The notes beneath the pieces are model-generated. The model saw nothing but the letters and a program-made list of their open reading frames with translations. It was not told the DNA's origin and made no database searches. Of a stretch of 64,000 nucleotides of DNA, positions 9,679-18,543 are shown one piece after another. The translations under genes were made by a program, and so were the position numbers. Numbering within the stretch: position 1 is the stretch's first letter; the number at the start of each line of letters is the position of its first letter. This DNA comes from a virus (lineage: Duplodnaviria; Caudoviricetes), in the IMG/VR virus record IMGVR_UViG_3300043449_000843, positions 2,016 through 66,015 of that record; one strand, given 5' to 3'.

Positions 9679-10260
9679 TTATTTGGAGATTTTATCCCAC
9701 ATTTCTTCGTATGTGATTTGTTTCAAGTTATTTATGTGAGACCACTCAGGAACTATCTTAGCTTCAGAATTAATAACTCGATAGAAGTTCACATGCTTAA
9801 ACTCATTAAACAATGTTTCTGTTTGTCGTATCCAGTTACCGTAATATGTTGCATTTTCATTAGACTTTTTATAATTTTGTGTATCTGAGTAAACATTATT
9901 AAACAAATTACCAACACCGTAGTAATCAAATCCTAAAATATAAGCTTCAGTGTGTCCATCTACACAAGATTTTTGTAATGCAGTAGGACCGCTAGACCAT
10001 CCGCGAGGATTTCTAAAGTAATTTAAGTTTTTTAGATCCTTAAACCTTGTGTTATCATTAGTCCATACTTGATTTTTAAGCTGATAACCACTTTCACAGA
10101 TTTCCATGACCATTTTTTGATCAACTGCAATTAAGAAATCTGGTGTAAATTCTCTATAAAGTGCATTACATCCATAAATTGTTCCATAGTTTTTTAATTT
10201 ATTAAGGTCAACACCTATACGACTGCGACCGTTTCCTAGAACAAATGCTCTTTGTTTCAT
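9679..10260 (-). CDS. DUF115/Maf/CstII-like (MptE-like fold) putative glycosyltransferase
   Basis: AFVLGNGRS, YGCNALY, LIAVD, SSGPTAL and YILGFD motifs are characteristic of this fold. Confidence 0.6.
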   Translation of the reverse strand: MKQRAFVLGNGRSRIGVDLNKLKNYGTIYGCNALYREFTPDFLIAVDQKMVMEICESGYQLKNQVWTNDNTRFKDLKNLNYFRNPRGWSSGPTALQKSCVDGHTEAYILGFDYYGVGNLFNNVYSDTQNYKKSNENATYYGNWIRQTETLFNEFKHVNFYRVINSEAKIVPEWSHINNLKQITYEEMWDKISK

Positions 10261-10502
10261 TATACTGCTGGTTCTGCTGGAGGTTGTGCATACATCTTGC
10301 TAATAGTTTCAATATCTCTTTCTTGATCTAAGTAATGTTGATCACTAGCACGACGTAATCTATTAATTTGCTTTAAAGTTAAACGTGTCTTACGAGTATC
10401 ACCTTTTTTAAGAGTATTTGTATCACTAGAAGGATCATAATGATTATCTTGTGACATATCTTCGTTTTCTTTATTAAAATAAAAAAGTTCTCGTAATATC
10501 AT
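10260..10502 (-). CDS. Small conserved hypothetical head-region protein
   Basis: 80-aa ORF (DTRKTRLTLKQINRLR) with a TAAATA motif at 10507-10512 directly upstream. Confidence 0.7.
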   Translation of the reverse strand: MILRELFYFNKENEDMSQDNHYDPSSDTNTLKKGDTRKTRLTLKQINRLRRASDQHYLDQERDIETISKMYAQPPAEPAV

Positions 10503-10517
10503 CTTATATTTACCTTA

Positions 10518-10829
10518 TTATCCGACAAAGACTGTACTTTGTCCGTCAACTATAGTTTTAGATCCACAATCTCTTTCGTCGTTATTTCTATGTGCTGCTC
10601 TATTATTAGCAAAAACAGAACTACTTGCAGTTGAAGCAAACGGATTACAGTGATTTCCACCTGTATTTGGGCCTAATGGTGTGTCACACAGGTTATCCTC
10701 GTATGCTTCATCGTTTCTAACAATTACAGGCTTTCCATTAATAAAAACTTTTCTATCATCACCGGGATCCTTAAATGCTCCGTTGCCATGATCGCAAAGG
10801 TCTCCCATAACTGCCCATAATTCTGCCAT
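10518..10829 (-). CDS. PAAR-like spike tip protein (gp5.4-like)
   Basis: VFINGKPV, SSSVFAN and CGS..VDGQSTVFVG repeats with Cys/His candidate metal ligands. Confidence 0.75.
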   Translation of the reverse strand: MAELWAVMGDLCDHGNGAFKDPGDDRKVFINGKPVIVRNDEAYEDNLCDTPLGPNTGGNHCNPFASTASSSVFANNRAAHRNNDERDCGSKTIVDGQSTVFVG

Positions 10830-10846
10830 TTTTACTTCCTTTTATC

Positions 10847-12562
10847 TCATATTGGAGGAGCCGCTGCTGGTGCTGCTGGTGCAGCAGGTTCTGCTGCTGT
10901 TGGAACGGCTGTTCCTGGAGCCATTTCTCCACCCATTTCACCTTCTGGTGGTGCTTCTAGTCCTGCTAAGTCACTGTCAATACCGCCTCCAGTGATGCCC
11001 ATACCTCTTAATTCAGCTTGTGATCCAACATTATCACTAATTTCTCTATTTTCCTCACGCCATAGACGCTCATTTTCAATAATTTCTTCCTGGCTAAGTC
11101 CAAGATAACGCTTCATTGCAAAACGCTTACTCATATAAGGAACTTCTTGCATTGTTGTAAATGTCTGAACTCGTGCTGTATCAAGCTCACTAAGTCTGTA
11201 AGCAGCAAAATTTTGTGGAGGATTAAAACGAAGATCAAACAAAGAATCATCAATAACAATACCCTGCTTCATCATATAAAGTTTAAATTCTAAACTAAAT
11301 TCTTCTTCAATAAGACTTTGTAGTCTTTCACAATATTTGTTGAAACGTAATTCCTGAATATATGCTGTTCCTACACGCCCATCACTAAAAACTGCCGAGG
11401 AATCGTCTGGACCTGTAGGCAAATAAGAGCTAGGAATACGCAATGCACGGAATAACTTATTAGTAAAGTATCGTAAGTCGTCGATTTCACCTAGGTTAGT
11501 ACCACCTGGTAGCGTATCAACCTTAGATCCACGACCTTCAGCAGTTTGCGGAAAGAAGTAGTCTTCGTTTATGCTTAAAGGGTTGTAACTTGCGTCAACT
11601 ACGCTTTGTCCACCACCTGTAGCACTAGGAATTCTGCGCTGATGTATTTCGTTTTTAACTCTTTCAACAAATTGCATAGCCATATGCGAAGGCATGTTAC
11701 CAACATCTATGTAAAAAACACGTCTTTCAGGTGCTCTTTGAACACGATAGATAATAATTGCGTCTTCTAGAAGCTCTTTTTGCTTATAAACCTTAAAAAC
11801 TGACTCAAGTAGTGAGTTTCCAAACGGAAAATTGTTGTCTAACCCCTCACTTAGGCTTAAATGTACAACATGCATAGCTTCGATTGCAACTTCATTCTGT
11901 GCTGTACTAAATCTTGTTCCACTTTGTTGAGGATAAGCCCCAGTCATACCACGTGCAGCGGCGCCGCCTGTAACATAAGCAGCTCCCCCTGGTTGTGTAT
12001 TTTGATTACTTGGATTAATCTGTGTAACAACTAAGTTCATAAAATTAGGATTAAGATCACGTATAATATACTGTTCTGGCTTCTTTCCATCACTTTCGTT
12101 AACAATGATTTTAGTTATCTTACCTGGATCAATGTAAAACCACTTTAATGTTTCTGGATCACGTATGAAAAAGCAATCACCATACTTAATAGTATTACGA
12201 AATATACGGAACATACGTGTTTCAAACTTCTGTAAACGACACCATTTCTGTAAACTATCACGAATTAGTTTAATTTCAACACTAGACGCCTTATCTCTAT
12301 AGCTAACAATAAAGGGAGTACCGTTATCTGCATTCTCTTGTGTACTAAATTCGCTGATAATATCTAATGCAGCATTTACTTCTGAGTCCATATCCATAGT
12401 ATCATACTGTAAATAACGTTCAATACGGTTAGGACTACCTGTGTAAACATCAGGAAGATACGATGAATAGTTAGTTGTAGTTCCGGAACTACCGCCTGAA
12501 TTACTTAAAGGACTTAAATTACCGTTTTGATTTACAGGTGTGAAATACTTACGCCAAGTCAT
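10847..12562 (-). CDS. Portal vertex protein (T4 gp20-like)
   Basis: LLEDAIIIYRVQRAPERRVFYIDVGNMP, EDYFFP and TLPGGTNLGEIDDL motifs. Confidence 0.97.
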   Translation of the reverse strand: MTWRKYFTPVNQNGNLSPLSNSGGSSGTTTNYSSYLPDVYTGSPNRIERYLQYDTMDMDSEVNAALDIISEFSTQENADNGTPFIVSYRDKASSVEIKLIRDSLQKWCRLQKFETRMFRIFRNTIKYGDCFFIRDPETLKWFYIDPGKITKIIVNESDGKKPEQYIIRDLNPNFMNLVVTQINPSNQNTQPGGAAYVTGGAAARGMTGAYPQQSGTRFSTAQNEVAIEAMHVVHLSLSEGLDNNFPFGNSLLESVFKVYKQKELLEDAIIIYRVQRAPERRVFYIDVGNMPSHMAMQFVERVKNEIHQRRIPSATGGGQSVVDASYNPLSINEDYFFPQTAEGRGSKVDTLPGGTNLGEIDDLRYFTNKLFRALRIPSSYLPTGPDDSSAVFSDGRVGTAYIQELRFNKYCERLQSLIEEEFSLEFKLYMMKQGIVIDDSLFDLRFNPPQNFAAYRLSELDTARVQTFTTMQEVPYMSKRFAMKRYLGLSQEEIIENERLWREENREISDNVGSQAELRGMGITGGGIDSDLAGLEAPPEGEMGGEMAPGTAVPTAAEPAAPAAPAAAPPI

Positions 12563-12576
12563 ATAGATTCTTTCGA

Positions 12577-15546
12577 TTAAATTGAGTTTTTACGTCCAGA
12601 CATTGCGTCAGCAGTATCCTTGGTATTTTGTTTCATCTCAACTATGTGTGATATTAAATCATCCATTTTAGTATTTAGCTGTTTTTGTAGGTCTTCTGCA
12701 GAAATTCCAGATATGTCGGATGTTATTGTATTACTCTTAGAAATACCACTAGTTGTATTGCTTGGCGATTGTAAATCTGGCATATCCTTTATCTTTTTCT
12801 GTAAATCATCAAGACTACTTGTTAGTTTATCTATAGATTTAATATAATCATCAACACCTTTAGTATTGTTTGTTAGATTGTCATCTAAAGTAAGTGTCAC
12901 TTTACTAATACCACTTACAGTGTTTTGTAAAGAGTTAACATCAATTTGGCCTACCTTATTAAATGATGTTACAATACTATCTAATCCGTTACTTTGAACA
13001 TTGCTTGCAGCTGAACGTTGTAATTCGTTAAATCTCTCCAGGAACGTGTTTATTGTTTCTAGTTTAGCAGCATTATTAGCATCAAATCCTGTATTTTTTA
13101 AACTTATAAGCGAGTTTGTTAATATTCCTATAACATTATTGTTAATTAGATCACTAATTTTTCCAACACTTACATCATTTAATTTATTAATGCCTTCGGT
13201 AACGCTATCAAAAGTATTATTTGATAGTTGAGATGCTGAATCTTTCATGTTACTAACAAAACTAGCTGTTGTATTAACAACATTATCTAGAGACTTAGTA
13301 GAAAAATTACCATACAATGCTTGCATCGGAAGTGTTATGTTTGAAAAGTCAATTTTAGTTTGACTTGCTTTTTGCATTTCTTTTACAGCATCAATATAAG
13401 GCGGAGTTTTATCTGCAAATTGGCTTTGTACGTTGTCAGGTGTAGTTTCTAACTTCTTTGTATCGTTTATGTCTGTTAAACTAGTTGTAACACTGTCTAT
13501 CGAGTCGCTTGTTTTCTTTGATGCAGTTTGTATTGTTTTAAAGTTACCTACAGTAGCGTCTGTTACTTTTTCTATTTCTGTTTTTGTATTATCTCCGGCG
13601 TTAACTGCTGATTTATTCATATCATCAAAAGCAGTTACTTTTGTTTTGTTTAATTCTTCAATTTTTTTCTTAGTTTCATCAGTTAATTCGCTTGCACCTG
13701 CTTTAGATACACTAAAGAAACTGCCAACAGCATTAACTGTCCAATCAAATGCGTCTTTTCCATACATTAAGGCAGTAATCGGAGCAATAACACCTTGTCT
13801 GTTAGCTTTATCTAACTTATCAACTTCTTTTGATAGTGCATCTCTTTGTTTTTCAAGTTCCTCGATGCTTTTCTTAATTTGTTCTTTTTGATCTGTAGTA
13901 AAGCCGTCATTTATTGAACTTACTTTTAAGTTATGTATATTATCATTTATATCACTTAGCTGAGACCTTTTATCTTGCAATTTTTGTTTTTCTGCAGGAT
14001 CTATAATTTCTTTTTGTTTAGTAAACATGCCCCAAAATAAATTTTTAAACCCATCTAGTATAATTTCACCTACTGACGTAAAGATATTCACCATTAAGTC
14101 CTTTATCGCCGACTTAATTCCATCAGTTTCCACTTTCTTAAAGAATGAAGTAATGCCTTCATCAAAAAATTTGATCAATTCTTCAGCTGCTTTTGCAATT
14201 TGAGGACTATAAATTAAAAATAAGTCTGCTAACTTAGTTAAACCCTTTGCAAACATGTCAAATACCCCAGAATTTAAGAGGCTCGATGTAATTTGTCCAT
14301 ATATGTCATTTAAAACTTTAGGAAACATTGCCATAGCTTTAGTGACTTCGTCACGCTGCTTCATTTCCTTTTCAGCTTTTCTAGGATCTCCTAATTTTCT
14401 AAACCCATTTAACATTCTATTAATAGTAGCAAGTGCTGGATTTCTAGCCATAATAGCTTCAGCAGTTTTACCTGCTCTCAATCCTTGTTGCATAATTCTA
14501 TCTGATGCTTCTTGGAACTTTTCTATCATTCCTTCCATGCCCATTTCACCTGTAAATAGTTTTCGAGCATCATCCATTTCCATGCCTGTAGTAGCCATTA
14601 ACATGCGAGCTGCATCACTAGGATTATTTGCAGCCATTTCTTTAAGCATTTGTAGTGATTCTTCACCACCTACTTGAGTTATTAAAGCAATGTTAGCTAA
14701 TGACTTTTCTAAATCAACAGCGTTTTCTTGCATTGATTGTATTATAGGATCAACACTTGCTTTTCTTGCAGCTTCTTCAGCTGCTTGTCTACTCATACCT
14801 GTAATTTTTGTTAATTTGTCTAGTTCTTCAAGATAAGCCGCAGTATTTTCTGTAACAGCTTTACTATTTTTTAGATCTACTTTGTGTACTCTTGTTTGTA
14901 TCTCTAAGTATCCAGCTAATCCTTCATTTAATTCACCTAAAGTCCAACCCATTCCTAAAAATTGCTCACCTGGACCATCTCTAAGTTCTTTAGCCATACG
15001 GCCGAAATCTTTTGCACCCTCACTAACAGTACCACTTAGAGAAGAAAATGTTGAGCTATTCTTTTTTATTATTTCAACAAACTCATCTAAGGGAATAGCT
15101 GCTTCAGCTGCTGATCTTCTCAAGTCAATTAAGTTGTTATTAAAAGATGCACCTACTCTACTTGTATCTTGAAAAGCCTTAAAACTGTCTGTAAAGAATC
15201 CAACTAATGATTTGCCAGCTACAGCAATTAAAGAAAATGCTGATCCTAATCCTAATCCAATAATTTCCGACATAGTATCACTAAGTTTTTGAAACTTTTC
15301 GTCGCTTTGCCCTAAGGTTTTATTAAATTCCTTGTTACTTTCTGTAGCTTCTCTTTGTGCAGCAATATTTTGTCTGATAACCTTTTCAAAAAGTTCTACA
15401 ATTTTGTTAGAACCTTTTTTATCTTTGTCTTTTCCTTCAAATATTTGTACTAGTTTCTTTAATGTTTCTTCCGATGCAGCGTTCTGTAGAATTGCACCAT
15501 CAAAATCACCACCACCTTGTACTATAACTTTTTCTTTGTTAGCCAT
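12577..15546 (-). CDS. Probable tail tape measure protein
   Basis: 989-aa, largely helical, A/K/E-rich protein with N-terminal NAASEETL and YLEELDKLTKITGMSRQ motifs; it is divergent from the chaperone pair. Confidence 0.65.
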   Translation of the reverse strand: MANKEKVIVQGGGDFDGAILQNAASEETLKKLVQIFEGKDKDKKGSNKIVELFEKVIRQNIAAQREATESNKEFNKTLGQSDEKFQKLSDTMSEIIGLGLGSAFSLIAVAGKSLVGFFTDSFKAFQDTSRVGASFNNNLIDLRRSAAEAAIPLDEFVEIIKKNSSTFSSLSGTVSEGAKDFGRMAKELRDGPGEQFLGMGWTLGELNEGLAGYLEIQTRVHKVDLKNSKAVTENTAAYLEELDKLTKITGMSRQAAEEAARKASVDPIIQSMQENAVDLEKSLANIALITQVGGEESLQMLKEMAANNPSDAARMLMATTGMEMDDARKLFTGEMGMEGMIEKFQEASDRIMQQGLRAGKTAEAIMARNPALATINRMLNGFRKLGDPRKAEKEMKQRDEVTKAMAMFPKVLNDIYGQITSSLLNSGVFDMFAKGLTKLADLFLIYSPQIAKAAEELIKFFDEGITSFFKKVETDGIKSAIKDLMVNIFTSVGEIILDGFKNLFWGMFTKQKEIIDPAEKQKLQDKRSQLSDINDNIHNLKVSSINDGFTTDQKEQIKKSIEELEKQRDALSKEVDKLDKANRQGVIAPITALMYGKDAFDWTVNAVGSFFSVSKAGASELTDETKKKIEELNKTKVTAFDDMNKSAVNAGDNTKTEIEKVTDATVGNFKTIQTASKKTSDSIDSVTTSLTDINDTKKLETTPDNVQSQFADKTPPYIDAVKEMQKASQTKIDFSNITLPMQALYGNFSTKSLDNVVNTTASFVSNMKDSASQLSNNTFDSVTEGINKLNDVSVGKISDLINNNVIGILTNSLISLKNTGFDANNAAKLETINTFLERFNELQRSAASNVQSNGLDSIVTSFNKVGQIDVNSLQNTVSGISKVTLTLDDNLTNNTKGVDDYIKSIDKLTSSLDDLQKKIKDMPDLQSPSNTTSGISKSNTITSDISGISAEDLQKQLNTKMDDLISHIVEMKQNTKDTADAMSGRKNSI

Positions 15547-15570
15547 TAATTTCCACCAGTTATCTACGTA

Positions 15571-15604
15571 TATAAATATTCAAAATTGCTATCTTTTATT
15601 TATT
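15571..15604. promoter_or_regulatory. Overlapping divergent late promoters
   Basis: TATAAATA on the + strand at 15571-15578 (perfect T4 late consensus) and AATAAATA on the - strand at 15597-15604. Confidence 0.7.
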
Positions 15605-15614
15605 GGAGTATAGA

Positions 15615-16571
15615 ATGTCTACTTTTCCTAACAGTCCGCAGCCGCCAATTGGGGTTCCACTACCTCAAAACACAACTTTTAATCCACCTAATACCCCTGG
15701 TGCTAGTTCTATGCCACAACAGCCACAGGGTAATCCGCTATCTAAATATTTTAGACAGCCAAAGATTTATCTTAGATTACCTAGCGAGGGGAAATATTAT
15801 CCTCCAGGAGCTATTGATATACCGGAAAGCGGTGAAGTTCCAGTTTATGCAATGACAGCAAAAGACGAATTACTTTTTAAAACACCTGATGCATTATTAA
15901 ATGGTGAAGCAACTGTTGATGTTATAAAAAGTTGTATTCCTAATATTAAAAATCCTTGGGCAATGCCAAGCATTGATAGTGATGCTGTCTTGATTGCTAT
16001 CAGACTAGCAACATATGGTGAAAAGTTAGATATTACTACAAAGGTTCCTGGGACAGGTGAGACAAAAGACTTCCAAATTGATTTAAGATTGTTATTAGAT
16101 CAGCTAGTATCATTTAAGTATCAACCTTATATTAATGTAGGTGAAAACATTTCTATAGAAATTAAGCCAACAACATATAAAGAGTTTACAGAAAACAGTC
16201 TTAAAACCTTTGAAGAACAAAAAATCTTTCGATTAGTAAATGACGATAGCATTCCTGACGATCAAAAGCTACAAGCATTTGCTAATAGCTTTAAAAAGCT
16301 AACTGATATTACTATAGGTCTAGTTGTTAACAGCGTAGTTGCTATCGACACTCCGGACGGAAGGGTTACTAATAAAACTTTTATTAAGGACTTTTTCGAA
16401 AACGCCGATAGCACAACATTTAATGCAATTATTAAGCACTTAGAAAAAATGAAGGAAGAAAGTTCTATCAAGCCCTTAAAGGTACAAGCAACTGAGGAAG
16501 AGATTGCTGCTGGTGCTCCTGCAGAATATGAAATACCAATAACATTTGATCAATCAAATTTTTTCGGATAA
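15615..16571 (+). CDS. Baseplate hub / tail assembly chaperone (T4 gp26-like)
   Basis: NPLSKYFRQPKIYLRLPS, MTAKDELLFKTPDALLNG and D.DAVLIAIRLATYG motifs; ATG at 15615 follows GGAG. Confidence 0.75.
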   Translation: MSTFPNSPQPPIGVPLPQNTTFNPPNTPGASSMPQQPQGNPLSKYFRQPKIYLRLPSEGKYYPPGAIDIPESGEVPVYAMTAKDELLFKTPDALLNGEATVDVIKSCIPNIKNPWAMPSIDSDAVLIAIRLATYGEKLDITTKVPGTGETKDFQIDLRLLLDQLVSFKYQPYINVGENISIEIKPTTYKEFTENSLKTFEEQKIFRLVNDDSIPDDQKLQAFANSFKKLTDITIGLVVNSVVAIDTPDGRVTNKTFIKDFFENADSTTFNAIIKHLEKMKEESSIKPLKVQATEEEIAAGAPAEYEIPITFDQSNFFG

Positions 16572-16582
16572 GACTCCTTAGC

Positions 16583-16795
16583 ATGGACATTCAAGAGGTT
16601 CTTAAAGAAGTTGATAACCTTGAGAAGGAGTCCAAATCCTTAAAATTAGATTTAATGAAAATGTGTTGGTATATGCGAGGCGGTGTGTCATACGAAGAGG
16701 CTTTCTATATGTGTGTCGAAGACCGCGAGATTATCTCAACTGTAATAAAAGAAAATTTAGAAACTACAAAGAAAAGTGGCTTGCCGTTCTTTTAA
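16583..16795 (+). CDS. Small chaperone-like ORF, likely the C-terminal part of a -1 frameshift fusion with the upstream gene
   Basis: WYMRGGVSYEEA...EDREII motif; no clear SD; the -1 frame is open back to a slippery site at 16556-16565. Confidence 0.7.
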   Translation: MDIQEVLKEVDNLEKESKSLKLDLMKMCWYMRGGVSYEEAFYMCVEDREIISTVIKENLETTKKSGLPFF

Positions 16796-17694
16796 CGGCA
16801 AGCAATTATTACATAATCTATTGTTGACTCACTTATTAAGATTCTCATATCAAGATCTTTCCAAGTTAGACCAATTTCACTGAGTATTTGATTAGCAATT
16901 ATATAATTTGTGCGTTCCATACGTAATGTTCTAACTGCCTTTACCATCTTTGATAGCACAGGATCTTTACTTTTTGCTGCTAATGCTGCTACAGCACTTG
17001 CTAGGCGTGAGCCTTCTGGTGTTCCTTTACGATCGGTTAAGAAATTAATCATTTCTTTAGCTAAAGCAATCTTCTGCTTTTGATCTTTAGTATTCATAAG
17101 ATCATTTACCCACTTACGAATATAACCACCGGCAGCATCAGTCTTTAAATTCTTTGGATCAGCAGCTGGTCTTGTTGTTATTGCTGGAACATTAGCTGCT
17201 GGACTTGCCGCTGCGGCAGGAGCAGGAGTTGATGCTGGAGCCGATGCAGATGTTCCTAAAGTAGGTTCAACTCTACCTGGAGTTTTGTTAGCTGATCCAC
17301 CAGGAGCGCCTATTGTAGGTTCAACCCTTGGCATTGTTCCTCCGCCAATTCCTGCGGCTGCTTTTTGTGCAGCCTTTAAAATTAATCCATCTACTTCTTT
17401 ACTAGTTAATGATCTTTCATAGAGTCTAGCAGACTCCCCCATAAATGATGAAAGTTCGTCTGGTGTAAGTTTCTTTCTTGTCTGTAAAAAAGCAGTTAAA
17501 TTCTCAGTACTTGGTTTTTGTCCTATACTTCCGAGATACGTCATATATTCTTTTTTCCAAGTGTTGGCTACAGTACCAACATTAAGTTTTCCTTGAGCTG
17601 TATGTCCAATAGATCCAGGAACTTTAGATATTATTTTCTGTCCTAGTTTATTCAATATTCCCATTGGTGCTTCATTAAGATCATTCAGATTCAT
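16792..17694 (-). CDS. Hypothetical protein, possibly an internal head protein
   Basis: Long ORF with a Pro/Ala-rich linker and an N-terminal 'LNE' motif resembling a prohead protease cleavage site; AATAAATA late motif at 17720-17727. Confidence 0.65.
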   Translation of the reverse strand: MNLNDLNEAPMGILNKLGQKIISKVPGSIGHTAQGKLNVGTVANTWKKEYMTYLGSIGQKPSTENLTAFLQTRKKLTPDELSSFMGESARLYERSLTSKEVDGLILKAAQKAAAGIGGGTMPRVEPTIGAPGGSANKTPGRVEPTLGTSASAPASTPAPAAAASPAANVPAITTRPAADPKNLKTDAAGGYIRKWVNDLMNTKDQKQKIALAKEMINFLTDRKGTPEGSRLASAVAALAAKSKDPVLSKMVKAVRTLRMERTNYIIANQILSEIGLTWKDLDMRILISESTIDYVIIACR

Positions 17695-17733
17695 TTGTGC
17701 TCTCTTGTGTAGTTTCATTTATTTATTGTAATT

Positions 17734-18117
17734 AGATGAGCTACGCTCATCTGTGATTTGATTTCGTAAACTCATTCATTTCATTCATTTCGTTACTCAA
17801 TCAATCACGTTTTCTTTCCTAGTTAAGAGTTCTTATTTAAGATTTCATGTAGATTGTTTAGTCAGATGGAACCTTTTTACAGGTTCCAAAATCACATTGA
17901 CTTCATGTGAGTTGTCTCAGCCGAGATACGGAAGTAGGTATTTTTACGCTCCATGGGCTCTGTGCTTTCCCAACCTACCACGACACATCTTACGATGCCT
18001 TGGACTCGTTCCTAGTTTCCAAGGTTTTTAGGAGCAAATGTAAACGGCACTCAAAGTCTGACCACGATTGTGGACTCGATGAGGGTCGAGCTGCCTCGAC
18101 CAAACAGGGCCTATAGC
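17734..18117 (-). ncRNA. Candidate large structured non-coding RNA (or structured DNA element)
   Basis: A ~390-nt intergenic region that is more GC-rich than its flanks, with many inverted repeats and a candidate H-type pseudoknot; it starts at the GIY-YIG stop codon. The strand is inferred from the flanking genes. Confidence 0.55.
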
Positions 18118-18543
18118 CTATAATTTTTTGATGTGTGAGCCGTGTACTCTAACCTGAATGTGCCCGTTATAATAATCGTCTGATTCTAGTACCTTGCGGG
18201 AAAATTGTTCTCTTGCCTCTATGTAGGAAGTTTCTGCCTTTGATGTACAATAATAAAGTATTTCTCTATAAAATTTGTCTTTGCCTAAAGTCTCTATATC
18301 TTTTGTTAGCGTCTCGCTAGAGCCATAATATTCTTGCCAATCGGAAGACACTTTGCTTCTGATCTTTTTTTTAACTTTTTTCCCGTTCTTCTGCGTAACC
18401 GTCTTGTATTTTGTTCTGGAAAACTTTGCTAATTTTTTACCTATATACTTTCTACCAGTGATTGTGTTAGTAATCATATAAACGAATCCGACACAATCTT
18501 CTGGTAGTTCTTCAATGACGGCACCTTGATAGTGCCAAGTCAT
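18118..18543 (-). CDS. GIY-YIG family endonuclease-like protein
   Basis: GFVYMITN...RKYIGKK, YYGSS, REIL, conserved E (YIEAREQF) and YYNGHI motifs. Confidence 0.85.
   Translation of the reverse strand: MTWHYQGAVIEELPEDCVGFVYMITNTITGRKYIGKKLAKFSRTKYKTVTQKNGKKVKKKIRSKVSSDWQEYYGSSETLTKDIETLGKDKFYREILYYCTSKAETSYIEAREQFSRKVLESDDYYNGHIQVRVHGSHIKKL

Noticed and set aside
17907-18116. 69-aa plus-strand ORF inside the structured intergenic element
   Set aside because: It has a GTG start without an SD, no recognisable motifs, and runs antisense to the flanking genes; the inverted repeats explain the region better.
17734-18117. tRNA, tmRNA or group I intron as the identity of the structured element
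   Set aside because: I could not find a cloverleaf/T-loop or the group I core motifs by eye, and the element does not visibly interrupt a gene. A covariance-model search is still needed to exclude these.
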